The position numbers and the translations under genes were made by a program. From Squalus acanthias (lineage: Eukaryota), in contig CM059432.1 of assembly GCA_030390025.1 (NCBI GenBank), positions 27,220,001 through 27,284,000 on the forward strand: a stretch of DNA of 64,000 nucleotides. Reading direction: 5' to 3'. Below, in pieces: positions 1 through 13,461 of this stretch; positions within the stretch are counted from its first letter, which is position 1, and every line of letters starts with the position of its first letter. The notes under the pieces were generated by a model. That model worked only from the letters and a program-made list of their open reading frames with translations. It was not told the origin of the DNA and ran no database searches.

Positions 1-300
1 TATGATAGTGTCAGCGTTGTACATTCTCTGAACTTGATAGTATCAGCATTGGACATTGTTTTAATCGATAGTGTCAGCGTTTAACTTTCTGTGAACTCGA
101 TAGTGTCAGTGTTTAACATTCTGTGAACTCGATAGTGTCAGCGTTGTACATTTTCTGGACTCGATAGTGTCAGCTTTGTACATTCTCTGAACTCGATAGT
201 GTCAGCATTGTACATTCACTGAACTCGATAGTGTCAGCGTTGTACATTCTCTGATCGATAGTGTCAGCGTTGTACATTCTCTGAACTCGATAGTGTCAGC
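1..300. repeat. ~32-bp minisatellite (TCTCTGAACTCGATAGTGTCAGCGTTGTACAT), ~9 degenerate copies, runs off the window start
   Basis: GATAGTGTCAGC recurs at ~30-33 bp spacing (GTGTCAGC at 261 and 293). Confidence 0.9.
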
Positions 301-410
301 GTCCATTCCACCAGCCTGCCTATGTCCCCTTGAAGTCTATCACTATCCTCCTCACTGTTCACTATATTTCCAAGTTTTGTATCATCTGAAAATTTTGAAA
401 TTGTGCCCTG
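301..410 (-). mobile_element. CR1 LINE ORF2 (RT) fragment
   Basis: Minus-strand translation ISKFSDDTKLGNIVNSEEDSDRLQGDIGRLVEW matches the CR1 FADDTKL region. Confidence 0.75.
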
Positions 411-1516
411 GACCCATTTATGCTGCTTCATTTGTATTAAAGTCGAGGCTGCCTTCACCAGCTGTGCTGCCGTATGAATACGGTAAAAATGAGAAGAAAA
501 TGAAGCTCTGGGGTTATAAAATAAACTTACAATATTTATACAGCTATAAAGTACCTTGCCAAGACCAACTAATAATGCACACACAATGTCAACTTTTTCA
601 ATCCAAAGAAAGACCTAGGGTAATGGAAAATATTATATTTCAGATGTTACTAATAACAACAAATTTATAAGTTTTTTATTTATACTTACTTAAATTTATT
701 CCATGCTGGAATCTTTACTCATGATTACTCAAATCATAAATTTCCTCTGCTGCTTCCAAGGCAAACCGTTTGCTGCATCACCTCCCGCAAGCTTCCAAGG
801 GGCCAAGGCGGCACGAACTCTGACAGGCCTTGAAGTTGGATGAGATCTTCTCCATGACAGTCTTAATGTAATTGAAACACTCTTTGACACCATGCCATTT
901 TATTTTATTTAGCTCAACTGTTCACCAACTTTATCCAATGGATTCTGGGGTGCAGTATAGTTGGGACATTATTATAGGAAAATGGGACCTCATGCTCCGT
1001 AGAACTGTTTTCCTGGTTCCATCAGATACAGATCCTAATTTTCAGTAACATTGAGCCCCCTTTTTCTGCAATATTGTGCCAGCTGTACCACATCCAGTCA
1101 TTGAAAGTATGTTTTCTGTAGCGTAGTCCTGAGCCATAAAGACCAGAAACTCCCTAATTCCTTACCCGAAATGTGCTGCTGTTGTAGCAGTTTTTTTTTT
1201 AAATCGTTCATTAGATCTGGGCATCACTGGCAAGGCCAGCATTTATTGCCCATCCCTAGTTGCCCTTGAGAAAGTGGTGGTGAGCTGCCCTCTTCCACAT
1301 CTATCCTTGATCGTGTGCTTATGCACGCACCTTCCAAAAGGGTGACTGGAAGGAATGGGAATCCTGGCGGATATTTTTTTTTACACACACTCCCTAACCC
1401 AGGGGTACTAATGCCCATTGTAGCTTAACTTCATTGTTGCTGGGTCAAAATCCTGGAACTCCCTACCTAACAGCACTGTGGGAGTTCCTTCACCACATGG
1501 ACTGCAGCGGTTCAAG

Positions 1517-1700
1517 AACATAAAAACATGAGAAGTAAGAGCAGGAGTAGGCCATATGGCCCCTCGAGCCTGCTCCGCCGTTCAATAAGATCATGGCTGA
1601 TCATTGACCTCAACTCCACTTTCCCGCCCAATCTCCATATCCCTTGATTCCCCTAGAGTCTAAAAATCTATCTATCTCAGCCTTGAATATAGTCAAAGAC
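1517..1700 (-). mobile_element. CR1 LINE 3' end fragment
   Basis: Same 3' UTR and tail (GAGCAGGAGTAGGCC...CGAGCCTGCTCC) as the other CR1 copies in the window. Confidence 0.7.
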
Positions 1701-1704
1701 TCAA

Positions 1705-2828
1705 GAGATTAGCGTGCAAAGTTAAAGCACATGGGATTGGGGGTAAGGTACTGATTTGGATAAAGAACTGGTTGGCAGACAGGAAGCAAAGAGTTGGAAT
1801 AAACGGGTCTTTTTCCGAGTGGCAGGCAGTGACTAGTGGGGTACCACAGGGATCGGTGCTAGGACCCCAGCTATTCACAATATATATTAATGATCTAGAC
1901 GAGGGAACTAGATGTAATATCTCCATGGGTGGGCATGTGTGCTGTGAAGAGGATGCAGAGAAACTCCAGTATGATTTGGACAGGTTGGGTGATTGGGCAG
2001 ATGCATGGCAGATGCAGTATAATGTGGATAAATGCGAGGTTATCCACTTTGGTGGCAAAAACAGGAAGACAAATTATTATCTGAACGGCAATAGATTGGG
2101 AAAAGGGGAAGTGCAACGAGATCTGGGAGTCCTTGTGCACCAGTCGCTGAAGGTAAGCATACAGGTGCAGCAGGCAGTTAAGAAGGCAAATGGTATGTTG
2201 GCCTTCATAGCGAGAGGATTCGAGTACAGGAGCAAGGATGTCTTGCTGCAGTTGTACAAGGCCTTGGTGAGACCACACCTTGAGTATTGTGTGCAGTTTT
2301 GGTCGCCTTATCTGAGGAAGGATGTTCTTGCCATGGAGGGAGTGCAGCGAAGATTTACCAGACTGATACCTGGGATGGCAGGAATGACGTATGAAGAGAG
2401 ATTGGGTTGATTAGGCTTATATTCGCTAGATTTTCAAAGAATGAGAGGGGATCTCATTGAAACTTATAAAATTCTAACAGGACTAAACAGACTAGATGCA
2501 GGAAGAATGTTCCCGATGGCGCGGGAGTCCAGAACCAGGGGTCACAGTCTAAGGATAAGGGGTAAGCCATTTAGGACTGAGATGAGGAGGAATTTCTTCA
2601 CCCAGAGAGTGGTGAACCTGTGGAATTCTCTACCACAGAAGGCAGTTGAGGCCAATTCATTAAATATATTCAAGAAGGAGATAGATATATTTCTTAAGGC
2701 TAAAGAGATCAAGGGATATGGGGAGAAAGCAGGGACAGGGTACCGATTTTGGATGATCAGCCATGATCTCATTAAATGGCGAGCAGGCTCGAGGGGCCGA
2801 ATGGCCTACTCCTGCTCCTATCTTCTAT
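1705..2828 (+). mobile_element. 5'-truncated CR1 LINE (RT C-terminal half and 3' UTR), disrupted
   Basis: ORFs 1772-2410 and 2441+ carry GVPQGSVLGP, LVRPHLEYCVQFWSP and RRNFFTQRVVNLWNSLP; internal deletion and stop codon. Confidence 0.9.
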
Positions 2829-4985
2829 GCTTCAGCATTCACAGCCCTCTGGGGCAGAGAATTCCAAAGATTCACAACCCTCCGAGTGAAGAAATTCTTC
2901 CTCATCTTAGTCTTAAATGTCCTGAGACTATGCCCCTTAATTCTAGACACTCCAGCCAGGGGAAACAACCTCTCAGCATTTACCCTGTCAATCCCCGTCG
3001 GAATCTTGTATGTTTCAATGAGATCACCTCCCATTCTTCTAAACTCCAGAGAGTATAGGCCCAATCTACACAATCTCTCATCATAGGACAGCCCTCTCAT
3101 CCCAGGAATCAATCTAGTGAACCTTTGTTGCACTGCCTGCAAGGCAAGTATATCCTTCCTTAGATAAGGAGACCAAAACTGTGCACAGTACTCCAGGTGT
3201 GGTCTCACCAAGGCCCTGTACAATTGTAGCAATACTTCCTTACTCTTATACTCCAACCCCCTTGCAATAAAGGCCAAGATGCCATTTGCCTTCCTTATTG
3301 CTTGCTGTACTTGCATGCTAGCTTTCTGTATTTCTTGCACAAGGACACCCAAATCTCTCTGAACACCAACATTTGAAAGTTTCTCACCATTTAAAAAATA
3401 TTCTGTTTTTCTATTCTTCCTACCAAAGTGAATAACCTCACATTTCTCTACATTATACTCCACCTACCACTTTACTGCTCACTCACTTAATCTATCTATA
3501 TCCCTTTGCAGACTCTTTGGGTAGAATTTTCATTGACCCGTGGAGGTGGGTTTGGAGGCATGTGGGGGGTTAAAATTGCGAAAACGGGCGGGCGGGCACA
3601 AGCCCGCCTCCATCCCGCCTCCACGCAATTTTCATTAAATCGTGTCTGCTGGTCCCGACTCCGTCCCGCCTCCAAGAGGCGGGATAGGCCGTTAAGGCCC
3701 TTAACAAGCACTAAATTGCCTCTATAATGCCATTTTGAAAGGCCTTTGTGATTTTAACCCTTTTTCCATGTGAAGCACACCTGTTCTGAACCACGAATGT
3801 GAAACCTGGCGGTAGCACATTTGGATTGCTGACTATCAGCTGCAGGTCCACTATTACAACGGAGATTGTGGTGGTAGTGGTGGCGGTGGTGGCGGCAGCG
3901 GCGGCCTGGGAGCAGACTTCGGGCTGCTGCTGCTCATTTTGCCTCCAGGTCCTCTCACAGCAAAGGCCAGGCAGTCTTTGCAGACCTTCAATGCAGCAGC
4001 AATGATGACATCATCAGAGGCGACTTTCAGACTGAAAACACTAATTGGGTCATGGGTTCCCACATGCTGGAACTCAATTGCCCAATTAGGTGAAAATTGC
4101 ATCAATCTCCCACATCCAATTGGAGTCAGGGTGGATAACATGAAAAGTGGATGACATGACCCCAGCCCACCCCAGTATCAAAATCCAGCCTTTGTGTTCT
4201 CCTCACAGCTTACTGTCCTACCTAGCTTTGTATCATCAGCAAACTTGGATACATTACACTCAGTCCCTTCAGCTAGGTCATGAATATGGATTGTAAATAG
4301 CTGAGGCCCCAGCACTGATACTTGCGGCACCCCACTAGTTACCGCCTGCCAACCTGAAAAAGATCCGTTTATCCCTACTCTCTGTTTTCTGTCCGTTAAC
4401 CAATCCTCTATCCATGCTACTATATTACCCCCAACCCATGAGCCCTAATCTTGTGTAACCTTTTATGTGGCACCTTATCGAATGCCTTTTAGAAATCCAA
4501 ATATACTACATCCACTGGTTCACCTTTATGCTAGTTACATCCTCAGAAAACTCTAATAAATTTGTCAAACACGATTTCCCTTTCATAAAACCATGTTGAC
4601 TCTGCCTAATCATGTTATGATTTTCTAAGTGACTTGATACCACTTCCTTTACAATGGATCCCAGCATTTTCCCGATGACTGATGTCAGGTTAACTGGCCT
4701 GTAGTTCCCTGTTTTTTCTCTCCCTCCTTTCTTGAATAGCGGTGTTACATTTGCGACCTTCCAATCTGCTGGTACCATTTCAGAATCTAGGGGATTTTAG
4801 AAGATCAAAACCAATGCATCCAATATCTCTTCACCACCTCTTTTAGAACCCTAGGATGTAGGCCATCAGGTCCTGGGGATTTGTCAGCTCTTAGTCCCAT
4901 TAGTTTCTCTGGTACTTTTTCTCTACTTATATTAATTACGTTAAGTTCCTCACCCTCATTAGACACCTGGTTCCCCACCATTTTT
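2829..4985 (-). mobile_element. CR1 LINE ORF2 fragment, interrupted by a MITE at 3519-4190
   Basis: ORFs 2825-3463 and 4506-4778 (KTGNYRPVNLTS, QHGFMKGKSCLTNL); the CR1 sequence resumes across the insert. Confidence 0.85.
3519..4190. mobile_element. Non-autonomous Harbinger-type DNA transposon (MITE)
   Basis: Ends GGGTAGAATTTT...AAAATCCAGCC, 3-bp TTT duplication inside a CR1; ends shared with 19667-20492 and ~45880-46070. Confidence 0.7.
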
Positions 4986-5653
4986 GGATGGTGAGCCGCC
5001 TTTCAAAAAGGCGGCTCACCACCACCTTCTCAAGGGCAATTAGAGATGGGCAATAAATGCCGGCCTTGCCAGCGACGCCCACATCCCATGAACAAATTTT
5101 TAAAAAACATAGCAGCAATGCCCTCCATGGTTGAGCAGGCTGGTGTCTCGGCTGGTGCCTGAAGAATGCCAACTAGGGGAAAGCACACGAGGCTGCCAGT
5201 TCCTCTGTAATTGTACCCAGTAAGAATCAACACCTTCAAGAGAGATGGGAAGAAAATAGGGGGAAGAAGTTGCCTTTATTTGATGGTTTAACTTATTATT
5301 GGTAACAAGTTAAAATCAGACTAAAACCTTTTGTGAAGGCAGCTAACTCTATGGGAAATATGATGGTCAATAGTGTCAAATGTATACAGATAGCAGTTTT
5401 TGATGTAAATTATACCATCACATAGAGTATTTACGTAGTAAGCAGAAAGCTATAAAGGCAACACTGATCCCATTTCTTTTTTCAAAAGCTATTATTTCTA
5501 AAATGAATTTTTTTCATACATATAAACCATAACAAAGCAGCTGGTCTCAAAACAAAATGGAACACATGACCATCTACATATAACAAGCTTGTGAGGATAT
5601 ATAGCGAAGCAAGTAGCATAAGGCAAATTCAAAGGCAGAAGGAACGAAAGGAA

Positions 5654-6695
5654 GAACATAAGAACATAAGAAGTAGGAGCAGGAGTAGGCCATTTGGCCC
5701 ATCGAGCCTGCTCCACCATTCAATAAGATCATGGCTGATCTTCTACCTCAATTCCACTTTCCTGCACAATCCCCATATCCCTTGATTCCCTTAATATCCA
5801 AAAATCTATCGATCTCTGACTTGAATATACTCAACAACTGAGCCTCCATAACCCTCTGGTGTAGAGAATTCCAAAGATTCACCACCCTCTGAGTGAAGAA
5901 ATTTCTCCTCATCTCAGTCCTAAATGGCCGACCCCTTATTATGAGACTGTGACCCCTGGTTCTAGATTCCCCAGCCAGGGGAAACATCCTCCCTGCATCT
6001 ACCCTGTCAAGCCCTGTAGGAATTTTGTATGTTTCAATGATATCACCTCTCATTCTTCTCATCTCTAGAGAATATAGGCCTAGTCTACTCAATCTCTCCT
6101 CATAGGACAATCCCCCCACCCCAAGAATCAGTCTGGTGAACCTTCGTTGCACTCCCTCTATGGCAAGTATATCCTTCCTTAGGTAAGGAGACCAAAACTG
6201 TACATAATACTCCAGGTGTGGTCTCACCAGGGCCCTATATAATTGCCTCTTTGCATCCTCCTCACAACTTACATTCCGACCCAGCTTTGAATCATTAGCA
6301 AACTTGGATATATATCATTTGGTCCCCTCATCCAAATCATTGATATGAATTGTGAATAGCTGAGGCCCAAGCACTGATCCTTGCAGTACCCCATGAGATA
6401 CAGCCTGCCAACCTGAAAATTACCCGTTTATTCCTACTCTCTGTTTTCTGTCCGTTAACCAATCCTCAATCCCTGCTGTTATATTACCCCCAATCCCATC
6501 CTAATTTTGTTCAATAACCTCTTGTGTGGCATCTTATCGAATGCCTTCTGAAAATCCAAATACACCACATCTACTAGTTCCCCCTTATCTATTTTACAAC
6601 CTCAAAAAGCTCTAACAGATTTGTCAAACACGATTTCCCTTTCATAAATCTGTGTTGACTCAGCCCAATCCTATTATTATTTTCTAAGTGCCCTG
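5654..6695 (-). mobile_element. 5'-truncated CR1 LINE with (AAGAACAT)n tail
   Basis: ORF 5748-6227 encodes the CR1 C-terminus; tail repeat at 5654-5671. Confidence 0.9.
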
Positions 6696-8599
6696 TTTTT
6701 TTTTTTATTCGTTCATGGGATGTGGGTGTTGCTGGCAAGGCCAGCATTTATCGCCCATCCCGAGTTGCCCTTGAGAAGGTGGTGGTGAGCCGCCTTCTTG
6801 AACCGCTGCAGTCTGTGTGGTGAAGGAACTCTCTCTCCCAAAAGGCTGTGGATACTGGGTCAATTGTCATTTTCAAAACTGAGATTGCTAGATTTTTGTT
6901 ATGTAAGGGTATCAAGAGATATGGAGAAAAGGCAGGTAAATGGAGTTGAGGTACAGATCAGACATGATCTAATTGAATGGTGGTACAGGCTCGAGGGACT
7001 GAATGGTCTACTCCTGTTCCTATGTTTCCATGTTCCTAAATCACCAAATGGATAAAGAATTGACTGAAAGACAGAAAGGAATCAATACTTGTTAGAGGAA
7101 TTATATTGAGTCGTAGGGGGTGAGTACTGAGCAGGATGCCCTAGGGCTCAGTGTTTGGAACAGTACTGTTTCTAATTTGCAACAGTGATTTGGACACAAA
7201 ACTGCAACACTATTTAGCCACATTTGCAGATAATACCAAACTAAGAGAAGCAGTGGAATTGAAGAACGTAGCTCAGAAATTAAAGAGTGAGTTGTCAAAA
7301 TACATATTTGGGCAGAATAAAGGCAGATTTTTTTTATTCATTCAGAGGATGTAGGCGGCACTGGCAAAGCTAGCATTTATTGCCCATCTCTAATTGCCTT
7401 ATGAGTACTTATTTTCTTAATCACAGCAACTGGGCTTGGTATCCCTATAGACATGGTATTTCTGATGAGGAACCATAAAAGCAGACATTTTGTGGGCAAG
7501 TCCGGATCTGAATTTTCTTTTTAAAATTATTTTTTCATTCACGGGATGTGGGCATTGCTGGAAAGTCCAGCATTTATTGCCCATCCCGAGTTGCCCTTGA
7601 GAAGGTGGTGGTGAGCCGCCTTCTTGAACAGCTGCAGTCCGTGTGGTGAAGGTACTCCCACAGTGACACTCTGATCCAGAAACTGCTAGATCATACCCAG
7701 CGCCCCCGCGCACCCAAAAATGGACACACCCAAATTTCTAGGTTGATGGGTGAGCCACTGGCTTATATATTAAATAGCTCATTGTGCTCTGATTTGGTTT
7801 CCAGGCATTGAAAAATGGCTCATGTGGATCCATTATTTGAGTAAGGGAAGAAATTGAACCCTGGATATTACAGGCCCATGAGTTTCACTTCAATAATGGA
7901 AAAAAAGCTAGCTAGAACTACTGAATACAAAATGAAGAGTTCGATACCTGGGCAATAAAAGGCTCTGGTATATCCAGACTTGAAAGATTGTATCCAATTT
8001 TGGTCCCTGCAGATGATGAAGGACATTGAAACTCTGGAGAAGGTGCAGAGGCAGGCCATTAGGATGACATCAAATCTTAAAGTTCTTCATTATGAGGATA
8101 GACTAAAATTTAGCATTATTTACTTATAGGAACAGGAGTAGGCCATTTAGCACCTCGAGCCCATTCCTCCATTCAATGAGATCATGGTTGATCTGTGACC
8201 TAACTCCATATACCCGCCTTTGCCCCATATCACTTAATACACTTGGTTAACAAAAATCTATCAATCTCAGCTTTAAAATTAACAATTGTCCCAGCATCAA
8301 CTGCCATTTGCGGAAGAGAGTTCCAAACTTCTATCACCCTTTGCGTGTAGAAGTGTATCCGAACTTTAGTCCTGAAAGGCTATGTCCCTTAGTCCTAGAT
8401 TCACCAACCAGCGGAAAAAGTTTTTCTCAATCTACCCTATCTCTTCCCCTTAATATCTTGACAATTTCGATCACATCACCCCTTAATCTTCTAAATACAG
8501 GGAATACAACTCTAATTTGTGTAATCTCTCCTCGTAACTTAACCCTTGAAGTCCGGGTATCATTCTGGTAAACCTATGCTGCACTCCCTCCAAGCCAAT

Positions 8600-9360
8600 G
8601 GCCCGAAAATTAGACCTAATACGCGAGAGTACGCACTGTGTACTCTCGCGTATTAGGTCCCGAATTGCCGGTTTCCTGCATGCACTGCGCATGCACGGGA
8701 AACCGGCACTTCATGTATTGCAAAGGGGGCGGTTCCTAAGTGAACCACGTGCGCACTACAGGTTGTGCGCACGCAGTGCACTTAGTTTTTTTTTCAGGTT
8801 TGAACGCGCAGGTAAGTGGTGAAGATTTTACACATAAAGAAAGCAGGCGTAGGACCCCCTTTTAACAAGGTAAGTCGTTAATTAAGTGTTATTTTAAATT
8901 TTTTTCAACAGGTTTATCTTTTTTAGAGACTTTAAAGAAAGGTAAGTTTATTTTTATAACTTTTAAAAAGATTTTAAATTTTTTCAAATTTAATTTTTTG
9001 TTTAAAGTGGTTAATTTATTTAACTATAGTTATTTTATTAATGTGATGGCTTTTTAAAAATTTAATTGAGGTTTAGCTGTTCTTTTGGGGGCTTGTAGTA
9101 TTCATAGCTTTGACAGCCCTTGCTGTCAAAACTATGAATGAAAGATGGTGTGCTGCCATTGGCTCTAACTGAATCACGTGATCCCAGAGCTCGCACGAAC
9201 TAATTGCGCCTCTGGGACACGCAAGCACTGCACGGTTGCAACAGGGAGAGGCCCTGAAACTGAAGTTCGTGTGGGCCCCAAACAAAAAGGTAGGCGCGGA
9301 GTGCGATATCGCGGGGAATCCTTACCCCCGCGGGAACCATCGATGTTTAATTTCTGGGCC
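8600..9360. mobile_element. Non-autonomous Harbinger-type transposon (MITE)
   Basis: TIRs GGCCCGAAAATT / AATTTCTGGGCC; AAT duplicated at 8597-8599 and 9361-9363; the CR1 reads through when it is removed. Confidence 0.8.
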
Positions 9361-11622
9361 AATATATCCTTCCTAAGGTGTGGTGACCAGAACTGAACAC
9401 AGTACTCCAGGTGTGCTATAACAAGGGCTTTGCATGGCAGTAGCATGACTTCTAACCCATTGTATTCTAGTCCTCTAGATATAAAGACCAGCATTCCATT
9501 AGCCTTTTTGATTATTTTCTGCATGTGTCCAAGACATTTTAATGATCTATGTACATGGTCTCTTTGGACCTCCACTGCTTCTAGCGTTTCACCATTTAGA
9601 AAGTATGATGATCTATCCTTTTTAGGTCCAAAGTGGATGACCTCACACCTGTTTATATTGAAATCCATTTGCCACAGTTTTGTCCATTTATTTAATCTAT
9701 TAATATCTCTGTGTAATTTTATGCTTGCATCTACACTGTTTACAATGCCGCCTATCTTTGTGACATTGGCAAACTTGGATATGTGTATTTCTATTCCATC
9801 ATCTAAGTGGTTAATAAATAAGTTGAATAGTTGATGCCCCAACACAGATCCCTGTGGGATGCTGCTAGTCACATCCTGTCAATGAGAGTACCTGTCCATT
9901 ATCCCTACTCTCTATCTCCTGCCTCTCAGCCAATTTCCTAACCAGGTCAATAATTTGCCCTCAATTCCATGGGCTTCAACTTTAGCTAACAGTCTCTTAT
10001 GAGGGACTTTATCGAATGCTTTCTGGAAGTCCATATAAATAACATCCATAGACAATCCCCTTTCCACTACTTCAGTCATCTCTTCAAAAAATTCAATCAG
10101 GTTTGTCAGGCATGACCTACCTTTCACAAATCCATGCTGACCCTTTCTGATCAGATGAAAATTTTCAAGGTGTTCAGTTACTCTACCCTTAACTATAGAC
10201 TCTAGTAATTTCCCAACAACAGATGTTAGGCTAACTGGTCTATAATTCCCTGGTTTCCCTCTCTCTCCTTTCTTAAATAGCAGAGTGCCATGTGCACTTT
10301 TCCAATCTAAAGGAATGGTTTCTGAATCGAGAGAACTTTGGAAGATCATAGTTAGGGCATCTGTAATGTTCTCACCTACTTCCTTCAAAATTCTGGGATG
10401 AAAACCATCTTGTCCTGGGGATTTGTCACTTTTTAGTGCCATTATTTTCTTCATTACTGTTAATTTGATTACATTAATTTTGGTGAGTCCCCATCCCTGA
10501 TTCAATATTAGTTTCCTTGGGATGTCCGGCATGCTATCCTCTTCCTCTACTGTAAATACTGACGCCAAGTAATTATTTAACATGTCCACCATTTCCTTAT
10601 TTTCATTTCTAATATCACCATTATCAGTTTTTAAGTGGATCTCATTGCTCTTAACCACCCTCTTTTTCCTAATATAATTGTAAACGTTTTTTTTGGTTTC
10701 CCATTTAGTTTCTTTTCATATTCCCTTTTCATAGCTCTTAATATCTGTTTTGTCACCCTTTGCTGTTCTTTGTAGCTCTCCCATTTGCCAGGATCTGTGC
10801 TACTTTTTTGCATTCTTGTTTTATGTTGTCCTTTACCTCTTTAATCGTCCATGGCAGTTATTTTTTGGCAAGTTGAGCTGTTGCCCCTTAAACATAGAAA
10901 AATGGAGCAGGAGTCGGCCATTCGGCCCTTCGAGCCTGCTCCACCATTCAATATGATCATGGCTGATCCTCTATCTCAATACCATATTCCCGCTCTCTCC
11001 CCATACCTCTTGATGCCCTTTGTGTCTAGAAATCTATCTATCTCCTTCTTAAATATATTCAGTAACTTGGTCTCCATAGCCTTCTGTGGTAGAGAATTCC
11101 ACAGGTTCACCACCCTCTGAGTGAAGACATTTCTCATCTCAGTCCTAAATGCCCTACCCCGTATCCTGAGACTGTGACCCCTCGTTCTAGACCCCCCCAG
11201 CCAGGGGAAACATCCTCCATGCGTCCAGTCTGTCTAGCCCTGTCAGAATTTTATACGTTTCAATGAGATCCCCTCTCATTCTTCTAAACTCTAGTGAATA
11301 CAGGCCTAGTCGGCCCAATCTCTCCTCATACGACAGTCCTGCCATCCCAGGAATCAGTCTGGTGAACCATTGCTGCACTCCCTCTATGGCAAGTATATCC
11401 TTTCTTGGGTAAGGAGACCAAAACTGCACACACTACTCCAGATGTGGTCTCACAAAGGCCCTCTGGGTCTAAACTGGTTTAAACTGGTTTTGTATCACGT
11501 TAAATTCTTTTCTGAACACCTTCCACTGATCTTCTGTCATTTTACCCATTAACAGGTTTACTGCGCACAGTCTCTGCCTCATCCCGTTGAAGTCGGCCTT
11601 ACCTAAATCTAAAATCTTAGTA

Positions 11623-11732
11623 CGATAGCAAAATTCTGACAAAAGGTCTTCGACCTGAAACGTTAACTCTGTTTCTCTCCCCACGGATGCTGCCTGGCCT
11701 GCTGAGTTTTTCCAGCGTTTTCCGTTGTTATT
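11623..11732 (+). mobile_element. Short Penelope-like (pLTR) insertion with degenerate hammerhead motif
   Basis: CTGACAA-AAGGTC-TTC-GACCT-GAAACGTT at 11636-11664; 15-bp duplication TCTAAAATCTTAGTA at 11608-11622 and 11733-11747. Confidence 0.65.
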
Positions 11733-13461
11733 TCTAAAATCTTAGTAGCTGTTTTGCGTTTCTCCCTTTCAAACACTCGATGAACTCAATCATATTATGA
11801 TCTCTTTTAGATATATGTTCATGCACCATTAACTAAATCTGGCTCATTACTCATTATTAAATTTAATACGGCCTGCCCCCTTGTTGGTTCTAGGACATAC
11901 TGTTGCAGAAAAGTGTCCTGAACACACACAAGAAATTCATTACCTTTCTGACATGCGCTCGACTGCTTATCTCAATCTATATGGAAGTCAAAAACTCCCA
12001 TTCAAACCACTCTGCCTTTACTACATGCTTGTCTAATCTTTGCATTAATGCATTCTGCCACTTTACAGCTGCTGCCAGGGGGCCTATACACATTTCCCAC
12101 AACAGTCTTAAATCCTTTTCTATTTCTTAATTCTACCTATAAATCTCCACTGCCTGCTTACCTCTCATTATATCATCTCTTATCATAGAAGTAATTTCAT
12201 TCTTAATCACTAAATGCTACTCCTCCCCCCTCTACCAGATTCCCTGTCCTGCCTTTTGACCTTATAACCAGGTATATTCTTGTTCCCAGTCCTGACCGTC
12301 TTGCAGTCATGTCTCAGTAATGGCTACAATGTTGTACCCTCTAAGTTGAATTTGTGCCTGCAATTCATTCAATTTGCTCCTTATACTCCGTGTGTTTGTA
12401 TAAAGAACGTTTATTTGGACCTCACACCCAACCTGTCCTTCTGCTCTAATGGTTTTTTCACATTTCTTATTTCTCTCTCCTGATTTACTTTACATATTTT
12501 AGTTTACCCTTTGCCTGTAGTGTCTAAAGCAGAATTTCTGTTCATTACTCTACTCTCTTCCTTTTCATTTGTTTTAGAATTTTTATTTATACTACCTTTT
12601 CCACCTGAGCCACCACCCACTCGCCCCCCCATTTACTAGTTTAAAGTCCTTGTGACTGCCCTATTTATCCTTTCCTTACTTATGAGAAACTTAGACTTAG
12701 AGGGAATGTGATTTAACTTTTCTGATGATAAAGGGTTTGGATTTGGTCTGATAGGTTATTTAAAATTGATAGGGATAGTCGGACTTAAGGCCATGCCTAT
12801 AAAATCGACAGGGAATCGGTTAACTTAGATGCCATGAAAGATTAATTTGCCTCTGGAACTAATGTCTGAGACATATGGAGCACTTTTGAAAGGGAACTTG
12901 ACAAGTTCCTGAGAGAAGAGGATATTCCTAGTTACGGGGATGTTACTTTTTAGTTGTGATTTGCGGTAAGATATGGGTAACTGCAATGTCCTAGAGACTT
13001 GCTTGATTGCCTTAGGAGTTGGAGGAAATTTTCCAGATTTTTGGGGGAATTGGCTACAGGTTTTTCCTCTTTTTATTAATTCTCCTATGAGATAGTGTGG
13101 CTAAGGGGCGAACAACCGATGTGCAAGGTTGCACCATTGACTCGATAGAGCGGGATTGATAGACCTGATACTCTTTTGTTTCCCTTCTATTCATAAGCTT
13201 GTGGGGGAGATTTTGAACTCATGGCCACCTGTTTCTCGCCTGAAAAATAGGTGCCCAGAAGTTCCAGGTGCTTCAGGCAGGCCTATAAATGGGCGAGTAG
13301 CTCATCTACCTAAAACAACCATATGGTTATTTGAATATGCAAATTGGGATCCTACGTCAGTTGTCGGACCCTGATTGCAGCTTTCAGATACCAGGCAATG
13401 AGTGACATACAAGTGGTCCTTGGGGACCGCTCGAGGCTGCCAATAAAAGGGCCCAGGAAAT

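Larger units (their letters stand above)
8125..12660 (-). mobile_element. Decayed CR1 LINE ORF2 (endonuclease to RT) with nested insertions
   Basis: ORFs 9174-9872, 9912-10658 and 11469-11684; nested MITE (8600-9360), younger CR1 3' end (~10889-11460) and Penelope-type fragment (11623-11732). Confidence 0.8.

Noticed and set aside
1..300. CRISPR-like periodicity
   Set aside because: Head-to-tail degenerate units with no unique spacers, eukaryotic context and no cas genes.
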